This document shows, one piece after another, positions 28,843-38,434 of a DNA stretch of 64,000 nt. This DNA is from a virus, in IMG/VR virus record IMGVR_UViG_3300025012_000056. One strand, given 5' to 3'. Below the pieces are notes generated by a model that did no database searches, was not told the origin of the DNA, and was given only the letters and a program-made list of their open reading frames with translations. Each line of letters begins with the position of its first letter. Positions within the stretch are counted from its first letter, which is position 1. Position numbers and translations under genes: made by a program.

Positions 28843-29670
28843 ATGAAAACAGTTCTCCCATTATCTAACAAACTTCACGACTTTCATAAAGTTAATCTTA
28901 TTACAGATAAGAATGTGAGAAATTGGTATCGCTGCAATAAATGTGGTCTTTCTGGTTATCGTCCAGGTTTGTCTGATAAAATAATTATTGATGGGACTGA
29001 AAAACAAATAAGAAATTGCAGCGGACAACGGAATTTACAAGTAGAGTACATTAAATACATTAAGACCTTCAAGACACAAGTTGTAAAAATTGTTACGCCA
29101 ATAGCAATAATGGGTTGTGAGAATTTAGGGTTATATACAGAACACAATACCGTCCCTTGTCCCTTCAAACATTTTAGTAATCAAAAGATTGGGGAGATTT
29201 GGTTGAGAAATAAGAAAAAACTTCCTTGCAGACTTTGGAATCATGAATATAGATTGGTTGAGAATGGCGAGGATCAGAAAGGTAAAGAGATGGCCGAGAA
29301 TAAAACTCAATCTAAAGTCAATAAAGTATCCATTAACTTAAAGTTACAAACAAGAATAATGGTGCGAGTTGCCGAGTTTTTGACGGAGAAGTTTTTTATT
29401 GAGGGATTAGACATTTCATCAGGATTTAAAGATGAAAGTTGGACTTTATATTGCAATAATATGTTTCTTGTAACAGGAAAGAAGTTTAATTTGTGGAATA
29501 AAGTGTTGGTGAAGAAATACAGTAAATTTGTCTCTTGGAAGATGCAGTATTTGCATGATATCACAAAAGCGGTATTGAAAGAGGATCATAAAGTGTTATT
29601 TGTTAGTTCTATCAGTAAGATCAAAGGAACAATAGTCACTCAAATAATAACAAATGAAAACAAAAGTTGA
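28843..29670 (+). CDS. Hypothetical protein
   Basis: 275 aa with a CNKC motif. Confidence 0.55.
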   Translation: MKTVLPLSNKLHDFHKVNLITDKNVRNWYRCNKCGLSGYRPGLSDKIIIDGTEKQIRNCSGQRNLQVEYIKYIKTFKTQVVKIVTPIAIMGCENLGLYTEHNTVPCPFKHFSNQKIGEIWLRNKKKLPCRLWNHEYRLVENGEDQKGKEMAENKTQSKVNKVSINLKLQTRIMVRVAEFLTEKFFIEGLDISSGFKDESWTLYCNNMFLVTGKKFNLWNKVLVKKYSKFVSWKMQYLHDITKAVLKEDHKVLFVSSISKIKGTIVTQIITNENKS

Positions 29671-30229
29671 TCGTAGTGGTCTTTTTGTATTATTGTTAAT
29701 TATTTCTATAATTTCAATAGTATTTCTCGTAAGAGGGAATTGGATTCTTCCAATTCGAGATCAAAAAGAAAGGTTTATTGAGGATACTATTGGATTAAAT
29801 AAGATCATTAAGGAGAAACAACGAGAAATTGATAGTCTTAAACATTTTGGTGATAGTTTGAGGTGTTTGACTGTGAGAAACAAATATGAAATAGCATATA
29901 GTTTTTCTGATCGAGAAATAAAGACTGTACTGAGATTGTCTAAGAAATTGCAAATTCCCGAGCATATTTGTTTTAATTTGATAAAAAGGGAGAGTTGTTA
30001 CGATTCCACAGTCCTCTCAGCTGAGGGATGCTTAGGATATTTACAATTGAATCCAAGATATTTTGCATTTGAAAACAGTGAAGATAATTTGAAGAAGGGA
30101 TTTTGTTTTTTAAGAAAACAATATGATAAATTGGGTTCTTGGGAAGAAGCATTGATTTATTATAATTCAGGAGAAAAACATTATAGAAACAATAGATATA
30201 TTGATTATATTTTACACAATAATGAATAA
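29654..30229 (+). CDS. Membrane-anchored lytic transglycosylase (SLT family)
   Basis: N-terminal hydrophobic helix; catalytic LIKRES, GCLGYLQL, YYNSG. Confidence 0.78.
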   Translation: MKTKVDRSGLFVLLLIISIISIVFLVRGNWILPIRDQKERFIEDTIGLNKIIKEKQREIDSLKHFGDSLRCLTVRNKYEIAYSFSDREIKTVLRLSKKLQIPEHICFNLIKRESCYDSTVLSAEGCLGYLQLNPRYFAFENSEDNLKKGFCFLRKQYDKLGSWEEALIYYNSGEKHYRNNRYIDYILHNNE

Positions 30230-30749
30230 TTTTGAAGAACATTTGTTTAAGTTGGTTAAAGAGTTTTACACTCTTAAACAAACCAAGCTAAATTTTGAAA
30301 AATATTTTCAAGAAAGATTGAAGATTTTTGTTAAGAATGGCTTCAAGGATTTTTACAATCTTTTAATGACTTCTTCAATAGAAGAATTTGATTTAAAGTA
30401 TAAACAATGGGAGTCAAATTTATTAAAAAATATGGTTTTTGAAGGAAATATGACTTTGGAATCTTTATTATGTGTTTGCGTTAATGTTAGAGAGGATGTA
30501 ACCATACAAGAAATAAAAGGAAAAAGTAGAAGAAGGGATTTCGCTGATGTGAGATTTGTTTATTATAAAATAGCTAAGAAATTTAATGTATCTACAAATC
30601 AAAATATAGCTGGATATATTAATAGAAACCACACGATAGTGACTTATGGTTGTAAAAAATGTGATGATTATATAGAAACCAATGAAAAATTTAGGGAATA
30701 TTTTAATAAATGTTTTGCAGTATTTTCAGATAAAGCAAGACAAGATTGA
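30222..30749 (+). CDS. Protein with a DnaA C-terminal-like HTH domain
   Basis: IKGKSRRRDFADVRFVYYKIAKK...IAGYINRNHTIVTYGCKK matches the DnaA domain IV pattern. Confidence 0.7.
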   Translation: MNNFEEHLFKLVKEFYTLKQTKLNFEKYFQERLKIFVKNGFKDFYNLLMTSSIEEFDLKYKQWESNLLKNMVFEGNMTLESLLCVCVNVREDVTIQEIKGKSRRRDFADVRFVYYKIAKKFNVSTNQNIAGYINRNHTIVTYGCKKCDDYIETNEKFREYFNKCFAVFSDKARQD

Positions 30750-30969
30750 AAAATTCGATGAGGGAGATTTGGTTCAATTCTTTCATCAGGGAGATTGGTA
30801 TGAAGGAATAATTAAATATCATTTTTGTGGAGATATTTATGATGTTTGTTATTATGAGAAATATTGGAGAGGATACAATCAAGCATTTAATTGTATAGTT
30901 TATGTTAAAGAGAACAAAGCAACTAAAATAAATAAAACATTATGGCGAACATATCGGGAACAAACTTAA
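30682..30969 (+). CDS. Hypothetical protein, start uncertain
   Basis: SH3/Tudor-like FDEGDLVQF..GDWYEG segment. Confidence 0.4.
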   Translation: MKNLGNILINVLQYFQIKQDKIEKFDEGDLVQFFHQGDWYEGIIKYHFCGDIYDVCYYEKYWRGYNQAFNCIVYVKENKATKINKTLWRTYREQT

Positions 30970-31184
30970 CAAAGAAAGAAATTAAGATTTGGATAGCGAT
31001 ACCAAATTATAAGGACAAACAAGGCAAAAAATTGTCCGAACTTCTTAAAATAGTAAATGAAAAGCAATCAGATTATAGGTTTGATGCACCAGAATTTAAG
31101 ATGATTTTGGATTCTTTATGTAGAAAGAATTGTGCTAAGAGGACAAAAAATGAGTTGGGGGAATTATTTTATAAGAAAATATAA
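30942..31184 (+). CDS. Hypothetical protein
   Basis: 80 aa, overlapping series. Confidence 0.5.
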   Translation: MANISGTNLTKKEIKIWIAIPNYKDKQGKKLSELLKIVNEKQSDYRFDAPEFKMILDSLCRKNCAKRTKNELGELFYKKI

Positions 31185-31558
31185 TGACTCGTCCAGCATA
31201 TAATCCAAATATTGGAGATCTTTATAGAGGAAAGAAGGTTGCGGATAAAAAAGATTATTTTGAGGTTCTCGGTAAAAAGGATTTGTCTTTAAAGGATCTA
31301 TCAGAAACCAATTATTCTACTGTTTTAGCGTATAAATTATGTGAATTGATAGTTGTATTTAGAAGAGGAGATATTCAAAGAGAGCCAAGAGCAAGGCGAT
31401 TTATAACGGATATTTATGCCTTTAAGAATACTGAAGTGGGCGATATTATTGAAATAAAATATTTGAGAAATTACAAACAATTTTGGGCGGGGAATATTCG
31501 TTCAATTTATAATACAAGAAACAATTGGAGAATAAGAGCATTTAGAGAATTATGGTAG
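31184..31558 (+). CDS. Hypothetical protein
   Basis: 124 aa, TAATG coupling. Confidence 0.55.
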   Translation: MTRPAYNPNIGDLYRGKKVADKKDYFEVLGKKDLSLKDLSETNYSTVLAYKLCELIVVFRRGDIQREPRARRFITDIYAFKNTEVGDIIEIKYLRNYKQFWAGNIRSIYNTRNNWRIRAFRELW

Positions 31559-31770
31559 CATACGGTTGGTTTAGAAATAAGAGCAATGGTAAGAAGTATT
31601 TTGTTATTGACTTCAAAGTTATTAATAAAACTAACAGAGATGATGGCAAAGAAATGGTATTATATAGCGCAGGAGAGGGGGAATTGTTTGTAAGAAATAA
31701 AAAAGAATTTTTTGAGAAGTTTGAGGAAGACAAGAAATTAAATGAAGAAACATACATAATAAGGAAATAA
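31552..31770 (+). CDS. DUF1653-like protein
   Basis: GKKYFV...EMVLYS...LFVRNKKEF pattern. Confidence 0.65.
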   Translation: MVAYGWFRNKSNGKKYFVIDFKVINKTNRDDGKEMVLYSAGEGELFVRNKKEFFEKFEEDKKLNEETYIIRK

Positions 31771-31771
31771 T

Positions 31772-32041
31772 ATGGTAACATCAATGTCAAAAACAGACCG
31801 CCCAATAGATTCAAAGAAAATCTATATAATAGAAGCGTCCAGACGAGGACAATTTTGGCAGGAACAAGCGAGATTTGAAGAAGGACAAGAAAGTAAGTTG
31901 GGAGATGTAAAATTTATAGCGAATGAAAAGATAATTGTAGAAATGGCTAAATTGTTTAAAACAAAACATCAAGAAGAAACAAAAATTTTATCTGCATTTA
32001 GTGCGGTTGTTGAATTTATTGAGTTTTTTATTAATATGTAA
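31772..32041 (+). CDS. Hypothetical protein
   Basis: 89 aa. Confidence 0.5.
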   Translation: MVTSMSKTDRPIDSKKIYIIEASRRGQFWQEQARFEEGQESKLGDVKFIANEKIIVEMAKLFKTKHQEETKILSAFSAVVEFIEFFINM

Positions 32042-32075
32042 TTTAATGATTTTGCAAAAATCAAAGTGCGTAGGC

Positions 32076-32277
32076 AAAAATTATTAAAAAAATATTATTC
32101 GAATGTTTGAGTTGAAAAACCACAAAAGTATAGCGTCAAAGCCCGTGTTATGGAAGTGCGATTCCGGCATGGGCGGCGGCTCGTTTTAATGTTCCATAAC
32201 GATTGGGGCTTTGCGCTGTACGAACGGGAATCACAATAGTTTGAGAAATGCACGAAAATATTTTTTAATAATTTTTT
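32076..32277. repeat. ~200-bp imperfect inverted repeat with attC-like GTTATGG/CCATAAC cores
   Basis: 32128-32155 pairs with 32192-32221; 32076-32096 pairs with 32257-32277 (one indel); GC-rich centre in an intergenic gap. Confidence 0.7.
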
Positions 32278-32325
32278 AAGGAGGGGGTTTAAAATCTTTT
32301 ATTTATTAATTATAAACGAATAAAA

Positions 32326-32607
32326 ATGAAAACTTTAAAGAAAGTACCCTTAGAACTTGTGGAAGTAAAATTTATTCCACCGCATAATGAAATGGAGTTT
32401 GGTAAACTATACTATTCCAAAGAGTATGAAACAACAAATCATTTATGTCCGTGCGGGTGTGGGATGCAATCTCCGATACCTGTTAACGATGTAGGATGGC
32501 ATTTGACAATTAACGACAATAAAGTAACTATCAGTCCATCTATATTACATCGAATGGGTTGTCAATCCCATTACATAATTACTAACGGTATCGCTAATAT
32601 TGTATGA
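32326..32607 (+). CDS. DUF6527-like metal-binding protein
   Basis: HLCPCGCG...W...SPSI...GCQSHY pattern. Confidence 0.7.
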   Translation: MKTLKKVPLELVEVKFIPPHNEMEFGKLYYSKEYETTNHLCPCGCGMQSPIPVNDVGWHLTINDNKVTISPSILHRMGCQSHYIITNGIANIV

Positions 32608-32608
32608 A

Positions 32609-33157
32609 ATGAATGAAAAAGTTATTTTTAAACAAATTGGAGTAATTGACTTTATTGATTTAACCAAAAACAGAATCAATGAAGTTGCTGATTTGATTAT
32701 ATCAACCTATAAGGATGAAAAGATATGGTCAAATTTTACAATAGGACAAATGGAGGAAGAATTACTGGCCTCTTTCAAAAATATTTTATACAAACCCTCA
32801 TTTTTCATTGCTTTATCAAATAATAAGGTAGTTGGCGTGGGTAGTTATATGTGTTCTCATATTTCAATGCAAGCATACGAATTATCATTTGGTACGGTTC
32901 ATAAAGATTATCAAAAAAAGGGGATAGGTACATTTTTGATTTATTTACGTTTGAGGGAAATTATAAAAGAACGCACGGATGCCGTTATATTTGCTCGTTG
33001 TAGAAAACCCGAAATGTTCCAAAAATTTGGTTTTAGGTTTATTAAAAAATATTTAGGGAAAAGTTCTGCCGGAAGTGAATATTTATATTGCCCAGCCGAA
33101 GAAATAACTTTTTCATTTCTTAGTCCTTCATGTCAAAAATTCACGCTTAATAGATAA
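32609..33157 (+). CDS. GNAT-family acetyltransferase
   Basis: VHKDYQKKGIGT acetyl-CoA loop, FQKFGF. Confidence 0.8.
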   Translation: MNEKVIFKQIGVIDFIDLTKNRINEVADLIISTYKDEKIWSNFTIGQMEEELLASFKNILYKPSFFIALSNNKVVGVGSYMCSHISMQAYELSFGTVHKDYQKKGIGTFLIYLRLREIIKERTDAVIFARCRKPEMFQKFGFRFIKKYLGKSSAGSEYLYCPAEEITFSFLSPSCQKFTLNR

Positions 33158-33162
33158 CCACC

Positions 33163-33378
33163 ATGACAAAATCAATGGATTTACTAAAGAGTTTTGCATT
33201 ATATTACCATGATGAATATGGAGAAAATATTGTATCTGGCGCAATAGATTCCTTTATTAAAACTTTAACGTCAAATGAGCAAAAAAAAGAGAAATGCAAC
33301 CCGTTATGTGACGGAAAAATTGGATATTTTGACTATCATGGTATGTGGGTTGGTTGTTCATGTAATCCAAAAAAATAA
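33163..33378 (+). CDS. Hypothetical protein
   Basis: 71 aa with CNPLC...CSC. Confidence 0.5.
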   Translation: MTKSMDLLKSFALYYHDEYGENIVSGAIDSFIKTLTSNEQKKEKCNPLCDGKIGYFDYHGMWVGCSCNPKK

Positions 33379-33521
33379 ATTATGAAAAAATCAGAAATCG
33401 AAAATGGCTGATGGAATACAAAAGATGAGCGATTTGATAGACAAAATGACAAAACAAACGGAGACAGAAATAGATAAACAATGTGATGATTTAAGAAAAA
33501 AAATATAAAGGGGGAAATGAG

Positions 33522-33824
33522 ATGTTAAAAAGAATTTGGAGAAGGTTATTCAAGAAACAACAAATAATACAATCATTTGAAATACCAAAAGAGATAATTC
33601 CTATCAGGAAATTGCGTTGTGTTAAATTGTTAGATGAAAGGATCTTTGAATTGACTCTCGGTGTAGAAAAACAACAAATTGTTGAAAGATTTCAAAAAGA
33701 TATGGAAAAGGAATTATTTAACGAATTAAGACCAGCAATCATTTGGGATAAACGAGAAGTTGAGCCGGGAATAATAAGATATGAAGCGATTTTGTTTGTA
33801 GGAGTAAAAGAAAAATCTTATTAG
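33522..33824 (+). CDS. Hypothetical protein
   Basis: 100 aa. Confidence 0.5.
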   Translation: MLKRIWRRLFKKQQIIQSFEIPKEIIPIRKLRCVKLLDERIFELTLGVEKQQIVERFQKDMEKELFNELRPAIIWDKREVEPGIIRYEAILFVGVKEKSY

Positions 33825-33944
33825 AAACTCAAAACAATTTTAAGTCTATTCTCCAACCAACACAATATAACTCAGTCTAAACAGTTATAAGGTATTAAAA
33901 GAAGTCCCAAGGAAACAACTCAAAACAAACAATCACACAGTAAA

Positions 33945-35078
33945 ATGAAGGATGCGGATCTCAAAGACTACGTAACTAATCAAGAGGCTTTTGAAAAATA
34001 TCAGAAGCTGATGAATAACCCTTTTCTCAAGAAGTACGTAGACAAGCCATATGTAGCCAGTGATGGGACTAAAATAAATTTGATGCTACTCCCTCACTCC
34101 CTGAGAGCCAAGATTGAACATCTGCCGCAAGAAGAACAAACCAAGATTCTTGGGTTGAAGAAAGCCCACATCCATCTTTACAATACAGCGATGGGTTTCA
34201 AAGGAACTGCATTTGCATATAATCCTAAAAAGGTTGGAAAACCAGGGGTTGGGAACATATCAATGTTAGAAGGAAAGAAGGATGAGATAATAGAATTACT
34301 TGGTAGAATGTATACAATTGGAGAGGTACATCAGATAATAACAAAGGACTGGAAGATGCCCGTGTCTCTACAAATGTTTAATGTGTTTGCAAAGAAGTAT
34401 AATGAGATAATAAGAGAAAGAACTGAAGTCTACAAACAATCATTTGAAGATGTGAGACTTGCGGTGAAGCGGAGTAGACTGGACGAACTAACATGGATGT
34501 ATGTGGTACACAAGACACAATATCAAAAACATAAGTATGGGAATGATATGCGGGTTCTTCTTTCAGTGTTAGAACAAATAAGAAAAGAAGTTGAGGGAGA
34601 CACATTAAAAGTAGAAGGCGATATTGGGATAAAGATTGAGACGACTGTTAATACACATCTTCAAAAAGAAGTGTTTAGGGAACTCAATATACAAATGATA
34701 ATCATTGCGAAAGTGGCTGCAAGAATGGGGGCAGATCCGATGATGTTATATAAGAGTTTGGTTGAGAGTTATTACAGTAAATACACAGGGATAAATGGTA
34801 AACCAGAATTTGATGAGGAGATAGCTTATCCCTCAACAGAGATATATGATTGGGTCGGTATAAGAGAAGCTAACGACAAGGTGAACGAAGCTGTGGAGGT
34901 AAATATATTGGCAAAACCAGAACAAACTGACGAGCAAAAGAAGAAGGATGAAGAGAAGAAGAAAATCAAATCAAAGTTGCTTGGTCTATTAAGTAAAGAG
35001 AAAGCTGATTTGCATTACAGAAAGAGTTTGGTTGAGAAATCAATATTAGATGGAGACACAAATAGAATTAAAGAATGA
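33945..35078 (+). CDS. Conserved-looking helical protein, possible terminase small subunit
   Basis: 377 aa with an HTH-like segment and RLDEL...VLEQIRKEVEG; weak and contextual. Confidence 0.35.
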   Translation: MKDADLKDYVTNQEAFEKYQKLMNNPFLKKYVDKPYVASDGTKINLMLLPHSLRAKIEHLPQEEQTKILGLKKAHIHLYNTAMGFKGTAFAYNPKKVGKPGVGNISMLEGKKDEIIELLGRMYTIGEVHQIITKDWKMPVSLQMFNVFAKKYNEIIRERTEVYKQSFEDVRLAVKRSRLDELTWMYVVHKTQYQKHKYGNDMRVLLSVLEQIRKEVEGDTLKVEGDIGIKIETTVNTHLQKEVFRELNIQMIIIAKVAARMGADPMMLYKSLVESYYSKYTGINGKPEFDEEIAYPSTEIYDWVGIREANDKVNEAVEVNILAKPEQTDEQKKKDEEKKKIKSKLLGLLSKEKADLHYRKSLVEKSILDGDTNRIKE

Positions 35079-35359
35079 ATAGAAAAGTGAAGTTCAGACG
35101 TTGGATACCATCTCGATACGATATGAGAGGTGGAAGCAAGGTGTTGAAGGATGGGACAGGAATATTTGAAGAAGAGTTCAATGGAAGAGGTACATTCTTG
35201 CAATGGGCTAATTGTTTCGAACAATTTGAAGAAGATGGTATTGGGAATTATACGGTTGCGTTGGTAGAGTTGAAGAACGGAAAGATTGAGGAAGTGTTAC
35301 CCCAAAATTTAATGTTCGAAAACAAATATTATATAATTGTTAAACAAAGAGCTAATTGA
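35075..35359 (+). CDS. Hypothetical protein
   Basis: 94 aa, ATGA overlap. Confidence 0.55.
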   Translation: MNRKVKFRRWIPSRYDMRGGSKVLKDGTGIFEEEFNGRGTFLQWANCFEQFEEDGIGNYTVALVELKNGKIEEVLPQNLMFENKYYIIVKQRAN

Positions 35360-35550
35360 TGAAACCATTTACACAGCAAGAATTGGAGAACTTGGCTTTA
35401 AAGAGAAAGATTGAGGAGTTGGAAAAGCAGACAACTTCTCTCGCGCGAGAGATAAGTGGTCTCAAGAATGGGATGATCCGGATCACAAACTATATTGATA
35501 TGAAGTTTGGTGAGTTAATTGAAATTGTTGAAAATAACGATAGGAAATAA
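35356..35550 (+). CDS. Small coiled-coil protein
   Basis: 64 aa with a heptad pattern. Confidence 0.5.
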   Translation: MMKPFTQQELENLALKRKIEELEKQTTSLAREISGLKNGMIRITNYIDMKFGELIEIVENNDRK

Positions 35551-35664
35551 TATGGCTTCAAAGATTGTGAAGAACAACGGGATTAAAAAGGAATTAATTG
35601 TGAGAGCAATAAGCAAATTGAATTCCTTGGAATCTAATATGGATAAGTTATTAAGGTTGATAAA

Positions 35665-35991
35665 ATGAGTGGAGAGACAGACGACGAAATTGATGATAAT
35701 CCTTTAAAAAAGAAGAAAGGGGATTGGAAACCAAAGGACGGCGGTAAACGACCGCAAGTTAAGATATTGATGGAGTGGGAGAGCGAAGCATTTGACCCTT
35801 GGTTTATCAAGAATATCAAGAGGGATGTTTATTATAGGGAAGACGTTGAAGACGGTTTGGGTTATCTTTTCAAAGTTATATTCGTTGATGAGACGGAGTT
35901 GGAGTTTAAATATGATTATGAGACAGAAAGGGATGAGAAGTTAATTCAGTTTGAAGAAAAAATGGGTCGTTTGCGTGTGTTTGTTATTTGA
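35665..35991 (+). CDS. Hypothetical protein
   Basis: 108 aa. Confidence 0.55.
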   Translation: MSGETDDEIDDNPLKKKKGDWKPKDGGKRPQVKILMEWESEAFDPWFIKNIKRDVYYREDVEDGLGYLFKVIFVDETELEFKYDYETERDEKLIQFEEKMGRLRVFVI

Positions 35992-36109
35992 AACTTGTAA
36001 GAGATGGGCGATTTAGAAGAGTTTGTTGTAGTTGGTAAGAAGCAAGTTTTGACCCCAGGGAAAATCTAAAGAGAAGTGGTTCAAGAGAAAAATAAAAAAG
36101 AAACAAGAG

Positions 36110-36403
36110 ATGACTTTACAAATAATGTTGGATGATACTTCTGTAGTAAAGAAAGCGCAAAAAGTCAATTCAAGCGATAAAAGGAAGGACAATTATTTCA
36201 TCAAATCTTCTTCAGAGGAAAGAAGACTTTTTAAAGACAAAATAAATAGGTTATCTTTAATAGACAAGAAAATTCACAATATTATGTTAGAGATACCAGA
36301 ACTAAGAATGACGGTCTATTGCAAAGAAGGAAGTGATTTGAAAAGCATAAAGGAAAAATACTTAAAATTATCAAGAGAACCAATAAAAGAGGAAAATGTA
36401 TGA
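36110..36403 (+). CDS. Hypothetical protein
   Basis: 97 aa. Confidence 0.5.
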   Translation: MTLQIMLDDTSVVKKAQKVNSSDKRKDNYFIKSSSEERRLFKDKINRLSLIDKKIHNIMLEIPELRMTVYCKEGSDLKSIKEKYLKLSREPIKEENV

Positions 36404-36499
36404 TTGAAATAATAATTATAATTGTTTGTGTAGGAGTGGTTGTAGGATTACCAATTTTAGTAGCGTTGATAGAAGATTGACGGGATAAATAAACAAGAA

Positions 36500-36510
36500 C
36501 AAAGTTATTA
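36500..36510 (+). promoter_or_regulatory. CAAAGTTAWWA putative phage promoter core, one of 7 copies
   Basis: Also at 10984, 12370, 13710, 37292, 41055 and 56105, each shortly upstream of a gene start. Confidence 0.55.
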
Positions 36511-36534
36511 AAACAAACTAAAAAATTTAAAGTT

Positions 36535-37206
36535 ATGAAAACAAAAATTATTTTGTTCGCTTTGTTTGCTTTTATCGCTTTTTTAGGTAAAAGTCAAACA
36601 TTTTCAATTCCTAACGATGCTGCGGTGATTAAAGATTCCACAAGCACTAACATAGAATATAATTATTGGGTTTGTTCTGAGGGGGAATTATATGCTGATC
36701 TTGGAGGTATTAATGTCTTTATGGAGGAAGGATCAAAATGTTTATCTTGGCATTTAGGCGGTTCTAATTATTATGTGAAAAATAATGCCACTTTGTATCT
36801 TTGGGGAGAAGGTGGCAGCAATACTATTTATTACGAGCCAGATGCTATTATCTTTGATAGTTTATATGGCGGAGGATCAAATGTCTTTATTGAGTGCGCT
36901 GATTTGATATTTGATTATTATTTTGCTCCTAAGGATGGTTGCAATGAAAATACATTAGATATAGACGAAAATATTGGCTATTTTAGTGTCTCCCCCAATC
37001 CCACGACAGGCATAATTAATATTCGTTTAAAAGATGAAGATGTGGGAAATTATGTTTTAAGAATATTTGATAATATTGGAAAAGAAATATTTAAAAGCAA
37101 TACTTCAACGCAAATAGATTTGAAGGAATACGGAAGTGGATACTATTTTTTAATTGTTTGCGATAATAAAGGGAGAATCAATAAGATAAAATTATTGGTA
37201 TTATAA
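36535..37206 (+). CDS. Secreted protein with T9SS type-A C-terminal sorting domain
   Basis: Sec signal MKTKIILFALFAFIAFLGKSQ; C-terminal FSVSPNPTTGIINI...IFDNIGKEI...IDLKEYGSGYYFL...KIKLLVL. Confidence 0.85.
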   Translation: MKTKIILFALFAFIAFLGKSQTFSIPNDAAVIKDSTSTNIEYNYWVCSEGELYADLGGINVFMEEGSKCLSWHLGGSNYYVKNNATLYLWGEGGSNTIYYEPDAIIFDSLYGGGSNVFIECADLIFDYYFAPKDGCNENTLDIDENIGYFSVSPNPTTGIINIRLKDEDVGNYVLRIFDNIGKEIFKSNTSTQIDLKEYGSGYYFLIVCDNKGRINKIKLLVL

Positions 37207-37345
37207 CTTAACAGCGTTAATAGATGAATAGACAAGATTGGGATTTACTTCTGTTTGGAATGAAAGCGACTGAGATTGTAAGAAAAGACAACAAAGTTAT
37301 TAAGAGAAGAGTGGATCCTACAATAATAAAATTAAAGATTTTGAA

Positions 37346-37999
37346 ATGATTAATTATAACTATATCGTCTTTGACTGTGAGACTGGGGGATTATCACCCA
37401 AGAGAAATCCAATAACAGAAATAGCATTAATCGCTTGTGAGTTCGGAACATTCAAGGAGATTAATCGCTTTGAGACCTTTGTTAGACCATACGCTGATTT
37501 AGTTATTGAGGAGAAGGCGTTGGAGATGACAAACATTACGTTGAAAGAGATCAATCAAGGGATAGACTATAAGGAGTTGGTTAAGTTGTTAATTCAATTT
37601 TTTCAGCTTTCAACACCCAGAGGAGGCAAAGGAAATAGATTTTATCCAATTCTTGTAGGACATAATGTGAGTTTTGATATAGGGTTTGTAAAAGAGATAT
37701 TTCAGTTTGCAGGACGAAATTTGCACGACTATGTGGCTTCTAACAATGAGGAAGTTGACCGAATATGCACGCTGAAACTATCTAAGGCAAAATGGATAGA
37801 CAACGGAAAATACAACTTAGAAGCCTGTTGCAAGAGGGCAGGAATAACATTAACAGATTCCCACAGAGCTATGGCGGATGTTGCAGCGACAAAGAAATTA
37901 GTTGAGATATTATTAAAACCAGTTATAAAGAATGCTAAGGGAGAGGTTGAAGAAGAGACCAATGGGGTTCAGGAATTTAGAAAACAATTTGAGATTTAA
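37346..37999 (+). CDS. DEDDh 3'-5' exonuclease (DnaQ/epsilon-like)
   Basis: VFDCETGG, VGHNVSFD, HRAMADV. Confidence 0.9.
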   Translation: MINYNYIVFDCETGGLSPKRNPITEIALIACEFGTFKEINRFETFVRPYADLVIEEKALEMTNITLKEINQGIDYKELVKLLIQFFQLSTPRGGKGNRFYPILVGHNVSFDIGFVKEIFQFAGRNLHDYVASNNEEVDRICTLKLSKAKWIDNGKYNLEACCKRAGITLTDSHRAMADVAATKKLVEILLKPVIKNAKGEVEEETNGVQEFRKQFEI

Positions 38000-38434
38000 A
38001 TGATTGATTTAACAAACATATCGTTAAAACAATTAGCAGAAATAATAGTTGATTGGGAGAAACACCACAAGGAAGAACATGGTTCTTTCATTTGTGAGAC
38101 CAAAGAATGCTATTGTATTTATCTTCGGATGAAAGGGGTGTATTATTTGAAATTAGCTGAGGAAAATTAAATAAAGTTAATGTTTGGGAGATAAAGAAGC
38201 GAGATACAAAAAATTCTTATTCTTATATAGATGAGCGTGGGAATATAATGGAACAATTGTCTATTGAGGGGCACAATGAGAAGATGAATGTGGGAGATAT
38301 ATTAAGAGCGAGAGGAAAGTATTGTGTAAGCGATTTTGAAATTGTTGAGGTAAAAAGACGAAGAAAACAAGAAGACCCAGCTAATTATATAACTTTATTT
38401 AGTTTGAGATTGTTAGGACTAAAAAGAAACTGAT

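Noticed and set aside
33381-33507. Programmed frameshift joining MKKSEIE to MADGIQKM
   Set aside because: Could be a single-A indel in gaaaatg (decay or sequencing error); no slippery heptamer or stimulatory structure is evident.
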